DNA of 64,000 bases from a bacterium (GTDB lineage Bacteria > Bacteroidota > Ignavibacteria > UBA10030), in contig JAZDJN010000035.1 of the NCBI GenBank assembly GCA_043803945.1, forward strand, positions 58,324 through 122,323, read 5' to 3'. Each line of letters starts with the position of its first letter. The stretch's first letter is position 1. The notes under the pieces are model-generated. The model was not told the DNA's origin. It saw nothing but the letters and a program-made list of their open reading frames with translations, and did no database searches. The position numbers and the translations under genes are program-made. Below, one piece after another: positions 22,072 to 30,924 of the stretch.

Positions 22072-24018
22072 TCAAATAATAAGTATAGTCGTTGCCGATA
22101 ATGCTATGCCTACATACTTATCGGTCGGATTAAGTGTGAGTGCTCCAGCGGCATCAAGATAGTATTGTCTGCCGATCGACAAACCCGAATGGATAGTAGA
22201 CTGATGCCCTACAATCGCCATTCTCGCTACTGCATTTGTACTTCCTCCTTCCTGCATGATGCCAGCCATCAAAAACCGTTCCTCTTGCAGGGTGTAGTGT
22301 TTGTACGTGTTCGCAGCAAGCTGAATAGCAATGACCGTCCGATATGGTGAAAGCTCAATCATCGAGACGGGCATCGAACTGCTAACCTGAAAACTGGTGC
22401 TTCGTTCTAATAACCACTCGCGATCTTTGATAACAGCCATACCATCAATGACAAATTCTCGGTAAATGACCGTGTAGTACGCACCTTCTTCGCCTGCTGC
22501 CGAATAGACCAAACCGATCTTGTTGTCTGTGAGACAACTTGCGTAGAAATATCCAACCGCTTCAACATCTGATACCGTGAACGGATACTCTTTCAAGATT
22601 GCATCTCCATTACTCGTAACAGTCAGCAGGAAGAGCGTTCGATTATATACATATGTCGTGTTCGTCCCGTTATAGTACGATTTCCTTACAAGGCCGAACC
22701 AGCCAACTGTTGTCGAGTTGAGCTTCATCAAGTGCTCACGAGTGTAACTCCAATATGCGACACAAGAGTAATCTGCTTCATTGTAACTCCGATATTGCAG
22801 GAGTGTACAAGTTGTTCCACTCACACTTACTGACGAATACCACATGCCTTGACTACCGAACTTGCCTACCACAACAAACAGCGATGAAGATAGGGCTACC
22901 ATCTCAGTCTCGAGGAACTGGGCAGCTTCGTCGTTGACATCAATATTCATGGCGCTGCCGTAAGTGATGGTTGTACCAGAAACACTTGCGACCTTTGTGT
23001 AGTAGTCTTTATATGTGTTCTGCGTTCCATAGATTACTGCAAAGTGAGTTGAATCCAGCGCAATGAGATTAAGGCATGTCTCACTATTCTCTGAATAGAC
23101 GACAACCGTTGTCCCCATCGTAATTGTCGTACCTGAAACAGTGCAGACTCTCGAAGCAGGGTAGCCAGAAGTGTTTCTCCAGATTGCCACAAAAGAAGAT
23201 GCATTCAATACTCCAAGCTTTATCTTGTTGGTGCTTGCATAGGCAGTGGCTTCAATAGTCACTGTAGTCCCAAGCGTAATCGTAGTTCCAGAAATCGAAA
23301 CTGCGGTAGCGTATACAGCCGTAGTATCGGATTCCAGAATGATCACGAGCGTTGAAGTCAAGAATACTAAACCGAGTCCGTTCAGAGTTCGGGTCGATAG
23401 CTGTGCGGCCGTTCCGTATGTCAACGATGTTCCATTCAAGGTCCCAATCACTGTCTGCACACCTGACGTATTTTTGTAGACTGTGAAAAATGTCGTATCG
23501 GTCAATCGAACGATCTTCGTGTACGCTCCTGACGCATTGGCAAATGAGTTCGATACAGCAAATGTGGAGTTGACAGTCTTCATTGCTTTCGCAACACTGC
23601 TCACATTAGCAATCTTCACAATGTCACCCGCTACGAGTGTTTCACCGCATGTAACCTTAGCTCCACTGAGAAGGTAAGCGTCGATATCATCTATCATCTT
23701 CTTCGTCGGAGCGAGAATCATTCGATAGGTTTTTGCTGACGTGTTCTTCGTTGAAGCGCTCGTTCCTTCTTGAGCGCGCGTGATTGTCAACGTGTCTGTA
23801 GACCTTGCGGTGCACCTGACAATCTCTTTGTTCGGGTCGTCACTCGGATCAGCGTAATCGCTTGAGTTCCACCACACAAGGTTAAAAGCACCCTCAGTGG
23901 CAGGCGCCGGTAACGAAGCGCCATGCCCTGATGATAATACAATCGACGTCGCTGCGGCGTCGTATCCCGTGGATACCGTTACCTTTGCGAAATTTTTAAC
24001 CGGATCTAACAGCCCCAT
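22072..24018 (-). CDS. Phage fibre / receptor-binding-like virion protein
   Basis: N-terminal EIVRCTARSTDTLTITRAQEGT fibre-attachment motif; repeated (V/I)SGTTIT.G blades (propeller-like); C-terminal GLSIGRQYYLD...VGIALSAT decoration-type domain. Confidence 0.7.
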   Translation of the reverse strand: MGLLDPVKNFAKVTVSTGYDAAATSIVLSSGHGASLPAPATEGAFNLVWWNSSDYADPSDDPNKEIVRCTARSTDTLTITRAQEGTSASTKNTSAKTYRMILAPTKKMIDDIDAYLLSGAKVTCGETLVAGDIVKIANVSSVAKAMKTVNSTFAVSNSFANASGAYTKIVRLTDTTFFTVYKNTSGVQTVIGTLNGTSLTYGTAAQLSTRTLNGLGLVFLTSTLVIILESDTTAVYATAVSISGTTITLGTTVTIEATAYASTNKIKLGVLNASSFVAIWRNTSGYPASRVCTVSGTTITMGTTVVVYSENSETCLNLIALDSTHFAVIYGTQNTYKDYYTKVASVSGTTITYGSAMNIDVNDEAAQFLETEMVALSSSLFVVVGKFGSQGMWYSSVSVSGTTCTLLQYRSYNEADYSCVAYWSYTREHLMKLNSTTVGWFGLVRKSYYNGTNTTYVYNRTLFLLTVTSNGDAILKEYPFTVSDVEAVGYFYASCLTDNKIGLVYSAAGEEGAYYTVIYREFVIDGMAVIKDREWLLERSTSFQVSSSMPVSMIELSPYRTVIAIQLAANTYKHYTLQEERFLMAGIMQEGGSTNAVARMAIVGHQSTIHSGLSIGRQYYLDAAGALTLNPTDKYVGIALSATTILII

Positions 24019-24030
24019 TGACGTGCCTCC

Positions 24031-24525
24031 TTATTCAAGTGTGATTTTCGGTGTTAACAGAATCTGATCGCCCGTATTCTGAATCACCTGACCGTTCGCA
24101 AACAACTCTGCCCACAGTAAGATCGTTGACGTTGTCTCAATGACGAGGTATCCATACACCGTCACTGCAGCCGCTGCAGTGAATGTCCACGTCTGCTGTG
24201 CGTAACTTGCCGTGGTAACACCTGCGGCACTCGCTATCGACCACGTTGCCCTTACCAGTGTTTTCGCGGCGTATCCATGTGTCGACATCTCAGTAAAGTT
24301 TGCTGCAGTCGATGCCTCGACGGGCGTGTAGTTATTGACGTAAAGTTTCAATGTCTGGGTTTCAACTGTCGCCTTACTCAGTGCCATCGTGAGCAACTGA
24401 ACCTCACCAACGTCCGGGACCAGCAACGTCATGCCTCCAGGCATAAAGTTGAATGTCTTTACCAGATAGAACATTACCGCCAAAAGCAGTAAAACTAGAA
24501 ACGGATTAATTGCGACTGTAAACAT
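24031..24525 (-). CDS. Phage structural (fibre-base) protein; alternative start at 24432
   Basis: LKLYVNNYTP, FTEMSTHGYAAKTL and VYGYLVI...LLWAELF pattern of about 130-aa phage virion proteins; RBS before both ATGs. Confidence 0.65.
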   Translation of the reverse strand: MFTVAINPFLVLLLLAVMFYLVKTFNFMPGGMTLLVPDVGEVQLLTMALSKATVETQTLKLYVNNYTPVEASTAANFTEMSTHGYAAKTLVRATWSIASAAGVTTASYAQQTWTFTAAAAVTVYGYLVIETTSTILLWAELFANGQVIQNTGDQILLTPKITLE

Positions 24526-24581
24526 GTTTCATCTCCTTAAATTGGAATAATGGTTTTGTTTATTACTACACAAATCGACGC

Positions 24582-24597
24582 GTTCATTTAATTGAAC
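24582..24597. promoter_or_regulatory. Candidate operator GTTCA-N6-TGAAC
   Basis: GTTCATTTAATTGAAC, intergenic; related boxes at 26709, 26799, 36679, 43510, 48570, 48599 and 63163. Confidence 0.45.
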
Positions 24598-24614
24598 ACC
24601 TCGGTTAAAAAAAA

Positions 24615-24833
24615 TCATACTATCCTATTACCTTCATACTCCAATCTCCTTTCAGCCTTCTTGGCGATAACTCGTCTCTTCGATCTGCTAATCATTTTCT
24701 TATAAAACTGGATCTCTGTATGACCACCGATTACTATTGTCTCACCGGTGAGACAAATTACCTTTGCGATAGCTAACATTGCACGGTTGCTTGTGACCAC
24801 CCCACCAGTAGGAATCATTTCGAATGTCGCCAT
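24615..24833 (-). CDS. Miniature paralog of the giant repeat protein
   Basis: 72 aa: IPTGGVVTSNRA / CLTGETIVIGGHTE repeat units plus a basic RRVIAK tail (the giant has RRVVAK); GAAGAGG RBS. Confidence 0.55.
   Translation of the reverse strand: MATFEMIPTGGVVTSNRAMLAIAKVICLTGETIVIGGHTEIQFYKKMISRSKRRVIAKKAERRLEYEGNRIV
24738..24755. promoter_or_regulatory. parS-like palindrome, copy 2
   Basis: TGTCTCACCGGTGAGACA; perfect palindrome extends to 20 bp (24737-24756). Confidence 0.75.
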
Positions 24834-24847
24834 CCTCTTCCTGCGAA

Positions 24848-25267
24848 TTAGTTTAATCCGATCGTCATTCCATTGATTGGAATGCTTGGCGTATCCCCTG
24901 CTGAGATCGGCTTCACAATTTCAAGCTCACCAAAAGTGACAATCGTGCCACCGACAGGAGCATCAGTGATAGCCCAATGCGTTATTACCGCTGAGCCAGC
25001 AGTGCATTGACCGAATGTAAACACAACGGCGTTCTTCTTGAAGTCTATAGCTGCAGGGAAGTTTTGGATAGTGTTTGCAACCTTCAGTCTAATGTATCCG
25101 GTGTAATCTGGTTCTTTCGCCAGGATCGTCGTTCCTGTGTCTAATTTGTTGATCGCTGCGATCAACAAACAGATATACAAATACTCTGGGCGCACATAAT
25201 TCGGACCACCGAAGATGTGGTCGAGAATCAATTTCTCGGTAATTTTACTGAACCCCTGATTATTCAT
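24848..25267 (-). CDS. Phage tail-fibre-associated structural protein
   Basis: 139 aa; EKLILDHIFGG, Y.R..V and ITHWAITDAPVGG...GDTPSI pattern of a widespread phage virion family; directly after portal. Confidence 0.65.
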   Translation of the reverse strand: MNNQGFSKITEKLILDHIFGGPNYVRPEYLYICLLIAAINKLDTGTTILAKEPDYTGYIRLKVANTIQNFPAAIDFKKNAVVFTFGQCTAGSAVITHWAITDAPVGGTIVTFGELEIVKPISAGDTPSIPINGMTIGLN

Positions 25268-25269
25268 GT

Positions 25270-26667
25270 TTACTTCTCTCTACGCTGATTCTTTGTCATA
25301 ACTCTTTGCCCTGGAGCCATCTGGTCAGGTGGTTCCGCATACTTCAACTCTTCCTTAAAACTGATGCCGTAGTCTTTCAGGTCGTATGTTAATACTCCAA
25401 TGATCTGTTCCAACACGACTTGCTTGTTTTCTACTACACTCATCAGCTTGTTCAACTGCTCAATCACTTTAATTGTCGTGTCGATCTTTGTCTGAGTAGT
25501 ATCAGATTGGAATGAGCCACCGACGAGTTCATACTCAACATTCTCCGGCAGCACTCCATATTTCTTCACCTGGAGCAACACCTGGATATCACAGGCCCGT
25601 CTCAGAACTGAATGAGCTTTCGCCTGGAGCCTGTTCATCAATCTGTAGTATGAATCAACAGACAGACTCGCCATATCCTTAATGACAAGGTTGCCCTTGA
25701 ATCCCATTACCTCTTTCGATACTCCGGTAGACAAAAAGATCAACTCAAGAATAAATTCAATCACCGTAGTACTGTCTGCAGCCTGGTCCCCATGTAAACG
25801 ATCAATCGTAAGATCACCCTTCGAATATATCTGACGCACTAGGGATTTGCTGTTCGGTGTCAAGTCGGCAGCGTTGTTATCTTTGAACATGGCTACGTCT
25901 TTCCAATCCTTTGCCTCTTTCAACGCGAACACTTCTATCTCACCGCCAGAGCGCATCCATTTTTGAACTGCACCACTGAGCATGTCACCAACACCTGATA
26001 ACATCTTTCGGCTAGCCAGCAGGTAAGGAACACCACGTGAATGAAATGCTGACTCTTTCCAATTCACTTCTGCTATTTGCCACTTGGCGAACGTTGCAAT
26101 CTCTTCTTTGGTGAGAACATCAAATTGATAATACGCTTCCTCTGGATTCAGAAATCTCCCATTCATTGTCAACGGCTCAATCGAATAGTGAGGTCGATAC
26201 TCAAGACCGCGAACAATGCCGGTTTTATCGGCAATCAATTCCATTGTCAGCCCACCTTCGTTGAGCAGGTTGCGAAGATTCTCGTCCTTATAACTGTTCC
26301 ACTCAACACTCGAAATCATCTTGTTTAAATCTTTCTCGAGTTTGTCACGCATCGGATGATCTTCCGAACCGTCAACCTTATCGACCTTCACATATGTCTC
26401 TGCATCTGATACCGGACCAACAACCTTATCCATGATCCCAGAGAAAATTGGATTGGCCTCTGACAGTTTCTTGCAATCCATTACCCCTGTGAGGTAGTCT
26501 GGCGCTAATCCGAAAATATCGAACGCTCTCATTAGCTGATTCGTCGAACTGTCAAAACGCCGACCAACCGTCGTAAGGTTTTCTTCGATCTCCGGTGTCC
26601 CAGATTTCCCGAACATTGTGCTGATGGCTTTAACTGCATTGTTAACTCGTTCCTTAATTGTCGCCAT
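25270..26667 (-). CDS. Putative phage portal protein
   Basis: 465 aa, helical; LRNLLNEGGLTMELI, SRGVPYLLASRK and LSTGVSKEVMG match portal-type segments; first phage gene downstream of terL. Confidence 0.65.
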   Translation of the reverse strand: MATIKERVNNAVKAISTMFGKSGTPEIEENLTTVGRRFDSSTNQLMRAFDIFGLAPDYLTGVMDCKKLSEANPIFSGIMDKVVGPVSDAETYVKVDKVDGSEDHPMRDKLEKDLNKMISSVEWNSYKDENLRNLLNEGGLTMELIADKTGIVRGLEYRPHYSIEPLTMNGRFLNPEEAYYQFDVLTKEEIATFAKWQIAEVNWKESAFHSRGVPYLLASRKMLSGVGDMLSGAVQKWMRSGGEIEVFALKEAKDWKDVAMFKDNNAADLTPNSKSLVRQIYSKGDLTIDRLHGDQAADSTTVIEFILELIFLSTGVSKEVMGFKGNLVIKDMASLSVDSYYRLMNRLQAKAHSVLRRACDIQVLLQVKKYGVLPENVEYELVGGSFQSDTTQTKIDTTIKVIEQLNKLMSVVENKQVVLEQIIGVLTYDLKDYGISFKEELKYAEPPDQMAPGQRVMTKNQRREK

Positions 26668-27189
26668 CGAGAGGTCTCCATTAATTATGCTAAACCGTAC
26701 TCTATATCGTTCAATAAGCTATACTTCTAAAACAAAAAAATGATGCACGATACCGCCTCCTCAACTTACGTCGAGTATACTATATTTATCTGCTACACGT
26801 TCATTATACTAAACATCTCAATTAAAAAAAATGACTCAACTAAAACAAGCCAATTCTTTCTACTCTTGCATCACCATTTCTGAAGTCTTTTAATGAGATA
26901 TTGTTCCATCGCAGACTGATCTACAACAACTTCAATCCCAACCAACCTTCCTACTTACGTCATGCAATGACAATAGGTAACTTCTGCTTGTCGAAAGTAG
27001 CTTAATTTCTAACAAATTCCAAACAGTAGTATTGTGATGTTATACATTAAATTCTTCTCATGATTTTCACCTGGTGTTGCTATACTGACAGATGCGAAAC
27101 GGAAATCTTAATTGTTGCTGAAGTTAAATAGTAATTGACGTTAATCAGTGGGGAATCATCTGACCCTGAAGGCCATTAACATAGGGAAT

Positions 27190-27545
27190 TGTGGTGGTGC
27201 CGAGGCTACGATATTCCCCCAGGTGGGCCAAAAGTATTCCCCCACCTGATGCAGTAGTAGCGCAAGTATAACGAGACCTTAAGCGTTTGTCAAGGGGGAC
27301 GAACGCAGGTCGGAACAAGGTCTTTAAGATGTAGATGAGTCAGCTTAGTCGCTGTGGTAAGTTTTAACATGCAGCTTCTTTCTATATGATTGTCCTTTGA
27401 TAATGATTTGGTGACTCGTGTGAGCAAGCCGATCAAGAATGGCATTGGCAATCAGGGGATCCGGAAACAGGCCGGGCCAATCGGTCATAGCACGATTCGA
27501 AGTGAGAATAATACTTTTTGAACGGAAGCGCCCATCGACTGTCGC
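27190..27545 (-). pseudogene. istB: IS21-family remnant: istB C-terminus plus right end
   Basis: SIILTSNR..DWPGLFPDPLIANAILDRLAH...IKGQSYR (stop at 27345); tandem TATTCCCCCA repeats at about 27212 and 27236 resemble IS21 end repeats; no istA present. Confidence 0.8.
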
Positions 27546-27733
27546 ATTACATTGTCGAGAGTAACTTCCTGCTGACATTGTTTCGTTAGCTACAAGAGCT
27601 GCGATTTCTATTGAAATCTCAAAATTGGATTGGAGATCACTTCCTCAATAGAATAAGAATAAAGAAAGAGGATTTTCATCTAAATCGATCAAGGAATAAA
27701 TTTATATCCATTTAATTGATCTCTATGCTAAAT

Positions 27734-28906
27734 TGCAATAGTTAGGATTTAATCTGACAGATAATTATCTTCAACGTTATTTTCACGAAAGGTTCTGTCA
27801 GATGACAACGGATCAGAAAATCATTAAGAATAAACTCGGACTCCTGAAGCTTGCACAAACCTTGGGCAATGTTTCAGAAGCATGCAAGATCATCGGGTAT
27901 TCCCGCGATAGTTTCTATCGATTCAAAGAGCTTTATGAGACCGGAGGAGAACTTGCCCTCCAGGAGATCTCTCGAAGGAAACCGAACCTCAAGAATCGAG
28001 TCGATGAAGCTATCGAACAGGCTGTTATTGCTTTTGCCTTTGATAAACCAGCCTATGGCCAGCTTCGTGTTTCCAATGAGTTGAAGAAGCAAGCCTTGAG
28101 CGTCTCAGCAGGAACCGTGAGGACGATCTGGGTTCGACATAATCTCGAAACGTTCAAGAAGCGGCTCAATGCTCTCCAGGCCAAGATGGCCCAAGAGAAC
28201 TGTATTCTCACCGAGGACCAACTCAAAGCCCTTGAGAAGGCCAAAGATGAGAAAGAAGCCCACGGCGAAATAGAAACAGAGCATCCTGGATACCTTGGTG
28301 CACAAGATACATACTATGTTGGTACCATCAAGGGCATTGGTCGTATTTATCAGCAAACCTTTATCGACACATATGCCAAAGTCGCTCAGGTGAAACTCTA
28401 TGACCGAAAGAATGCCCTTGTAGCGGCTGATCTCTTGAATGACAAAGTGTTACCGTTCTTCGAAGAATACGGTGTGCGTCTGTTACGTATGCTCACTGAC
28501 CGAGGAACGGAATATTGTGGATCTCGTGAACATCACGAATATCAGCTCTACCTTGCCGTAGAGGATATTGATCATAGCAAAATCAAGGCTCGGCATCCAC
28601 AATCTAATGGAATCTGTGAACGCTTCCATAAAACGATCCAGGACGAGTTTTACCAAACAGCATTCAGGAAAAAGGTATATACGTCGTTGGATGAGCTGCA
28701 ACAGGATGTTGATGCTTGGATCAACGAATATAACACTGAACGAACTCATTCAGGAAAATATTGCTTTGGTAAAACTCCCATGCAAACGTTTCTTGATTCT
28801 ATTCACTTGGCAAAGAACAAAATGCTTGATACTTTAATCGACACGCAATCAGAACTGACACGTGTCGCATAAATCACAACTGTCAGATATTATTCTAACA
28901 TGTACA
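27734..28906 (+). mobile_element. Complete IS481-family insertion sequence
   Basis: Imperfect terminal IRs of about 29 bp (TGCAATAGTTAGGATTTAATCTGACAG vs reverse complement TGTACATGTTAGAATAATATCTGACAG); flanked by direct repeat GCTAAAT (27727-27733 and 28907-28913). Confidence 0.92.
27802..28872 (+). CDS. IS481-family DDE transposase
   Basis: 356 aa; N-terminal HTH LGNVSEACKIIGYSRDSFYR; rve core GAQDTYYVG...LTDRGTEY...SNGICERFHKT. Confidence 0.95.
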   Translation: MTTDQKIIKNKLGLLKLAQTLGNVSEACKIIGYSRDSFYRFKELYETGGELALQEISRRKPNLKNRVDEAIEQAVIAFAFDKPAYGQLRVSNELKKQALSVSAGTVRTIWVRHNLETFKKRLNALQAKMAQENCILTEDQLKALEKAKDEKEAHGEIETEHPGYLGAQDTYYVGTIKGIGRIYQQTFIDTYAKVAQVKLYDRKNALVAADLLNDKVLPFFEEYGVRLLRMLTDRGTEYCGSREHHEYQLYLAVEDIDHSKIKARHPQSNGICERFHKTIQDEFYQTAFRKKVYTSLDELQQDVDAWINEYNTERTHSGKYCFGKTPMQTFLDSIHLAKNKMLDTLIDTQSELTRVA

Positions 28907-28955
28907 GCTAAATACACACACTCTCTCTGTATATATATAGAAACCATCTTATTGA

Positions 28956-30128
28956 CTATACCCCTTTAAGGATACTTTCAACAGCCCCCTTGAAATTGCT
29001 CTTAGGATATTTACTCAACAGCATTCTGAACTTTTCTGCGGCGAGATCTTTTTTACCATCTCCTAAATAGGACTGACCTACAAAGAAGAGTATGCCATCT
29101 TTATTGGGATAGTCTGGGTAGATCCTTTCCAATTTGGCGAACTGATCGATTGCATCACCATATTTCTTCAGCTCAAAAAGGCATACCCCCAGTCGGTATC
29201 CGGCAATAGATGAATAGGATTCAGAAGGATACAACGATAATAATGTCTTTAGCTCTTCAATAGCTTTTTCCCTTTCTCCTAATTGAAGATAAGTAGATGC
29301 TAGTTCATACTGGGCTTTTACTCTCTGATCGCTCGTAGCTGTTTTTGATAAGGCTAATTGGTAATTCTGAATTGCTTTCGTTAACCTTTCCTTGATTAGC
29401 ACAAACACCTTATTGTGTTCTTTCTTATCCATTTTGAAATCAGTTGCCTTGAAATGAGTATAATAACGTCCCAATTCAACATATGTATCTGCAAGTAACT
29501 CGCTTGAAGGATTGTTACGGACAAATTGTTCAAGATGAGAAATTCCCTCATCGTACCTACTCAATTGTCCATATGCTTTTCCAGTGAGAAAATAGGATTT
29601 CTCTCTCAAATCAGATTTCGACGATTTTTGAGAAATGATGGCATATTGATTTATTGCTTCCTGATACTTCCCTAATTGGTAGTATGAATGACAGATGATT
29701 TCTTTTGTATCGTCGACATATTTGCTTCCAGGATTATTTACGATGAATTTTTGAGCCTCATCCAAAGCATTTTGATCCTGGCGCAGAGCCGAGTACGATC
29801 GCATCAGGTATACTTGAGCCTCGTCCCCTTTCTGATGCTTGTTGTACGTCGAGAGAAATACTTTATATTCGTTGACTGCTTGACTATAGACACGCTCATC
29901 GTAAAAGAGCATGGCAATCGAGATCTGTGTTTCAGCCGCTGCAGGAGTACCTAATTGCTTTTTCAACTGCTGCCTTAAGGGTTCAATCTTTGCTTCATCA
30001 ATTTTCGGTTCGATGAATACAAGAACCTTATTTCCAACTTTGGCAGTCGGAAAGGTTGGCACATCCTGCGATACCGATAACGACACAAAGACGATGGATA
30101 GGCTGAGTATAAGTATTATGTTCTTCAT
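28956..30128 (-). CDS. Exported tetratricopeptide-repeat protein (CpoB/BamD-like repeats)
   Basis: Signal peptide MKNIILILSLSIVFVSLSVSQ; many TPR units ending in YP.S. Confidence 0.85.
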   Translation of the reverse strand: MKNIILILSLSIVFVSLSVSQDVPTFPTAKVGNKVLVFIEPKIDEAKIEPLRQQLKKQLGTPAAAETQISIAMLFYDERVYSQAVNEYKVFLSTYNKHQKGDEAQVYLMRSYSALRQDQNALDEAQKFIVNNPGSKYVDDTKEIICHSYYQLGKYQEAINQYAIISQKSSKSDLREKSYFLTGKAYGQLSRYDEGISHLEQFVRNNPSSELLADTYVELGRYYTHFKATDFKMDKKEHNKVFVLIKERLTKAIQNYQLALSKTATSDQRVKAQYELASTYLQLGEREKAIEELKTLLSLYPSESYSSIAGYRLGVCLFELKKYGDAIDQFAKLERIYPDYPNKDGILFFVGQSYLGDGKKDLAAEKFRMLLSKYPKSNFKGAVESILKGV

Positions 30129-30144
30129 TTCATTTTCCTCCGCG

Positions 30145-30891
30145 TTACTTCGTCAATAACATTTTTTTTGAACTCTTGTACTTACTTGTGATAAGATGGC
30201 AGATGTATATCCCCGTCGGCATTTGTTGCCCGAGTAGATTTCTTCCATTCCATGCTACTCGATGAAAGCCGGCCCGGTACTCACTATTCACAAGTGTCTT
30301 TGCTTCCCTTCCCAGCAGATCGAAGACTCTTAAAGTTACCAGACCAGGCTCAGGCAGATCGAATTGGATAATAGTTGAAGGATTGAACGGATTGGGGTAG
30401 TTTTGTGCTAGAGCATATTTTGTTGGTATCGCTACCGATTGATCAGCTTCTTCAATCTGATCTTCAATCACTGATTCACCATCTTTTGAGAGTGATGTCT
30501 GTAATCCACTACCGGGTGATGCAAGATATATATTGAACTTTCCAATGATTGAATTAGACGAAATGAGCTCCAATGTTGCGTTGGTACTATGGACATCATT
30601 GAGAACATTAAATGGAAGTACCAATGAGGAGTTAGAGGCTCTTCCATAAGAATAGTTACCACGATACTCTGATACTATGGAGGTTGCATCGCCTCCAGGC
30701 ACTAGCCAGGATGGATTACTCTTACCAAAACGCAACTTGAGATCTGAATAAGATGCCCTAGAAAGGTTCAGAATCTGAATTGTAATCTTGTTTTCACCTT
30801 TTGAAGTATTCACCGAAGCCTGAGAAAATGAGACAAAAGGAACTGAGATTAATACGAGTAAGACTATAAATATTAGCTCTTTCATTGTCAT
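30145..30891 (-). CDS. Small secreted protein with T9SS type A / FlgD-Ig C-terminal sorting domain
   Basis: Signal peptide; C-terminal YALAQNYPNPFNPSTIIQFDLP...WNGRN...GIYIC...KKMLLTK. Confidence 0.85.
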   Translation of the reverse strand: MTMKELIFIVLLVLISVPFVSFSQASVNTSKGENKITIQILNLSRASYSDLKLRFGKSNPSWLVPGGDATSIVSEYRGNYSYGRASNSSLVLPFNVLNDVHSTNATLELISSNSIIGKFNIYLASPGSGLQTSLSKDGESVIEDQIEEADQSVAIPTKYALAQNYPNPFNPSTIIQFDLPEPGLVTLRVFDLLGREAKTLVNSEYRAGFHRVAWNGRNLLGQQMPTGIYICHLITSKYKSSKKMLLTK

Positions 30892-30924
30892 CTCCAGATA
30901 GTAGTTTCTTTGAATGAATTACCA

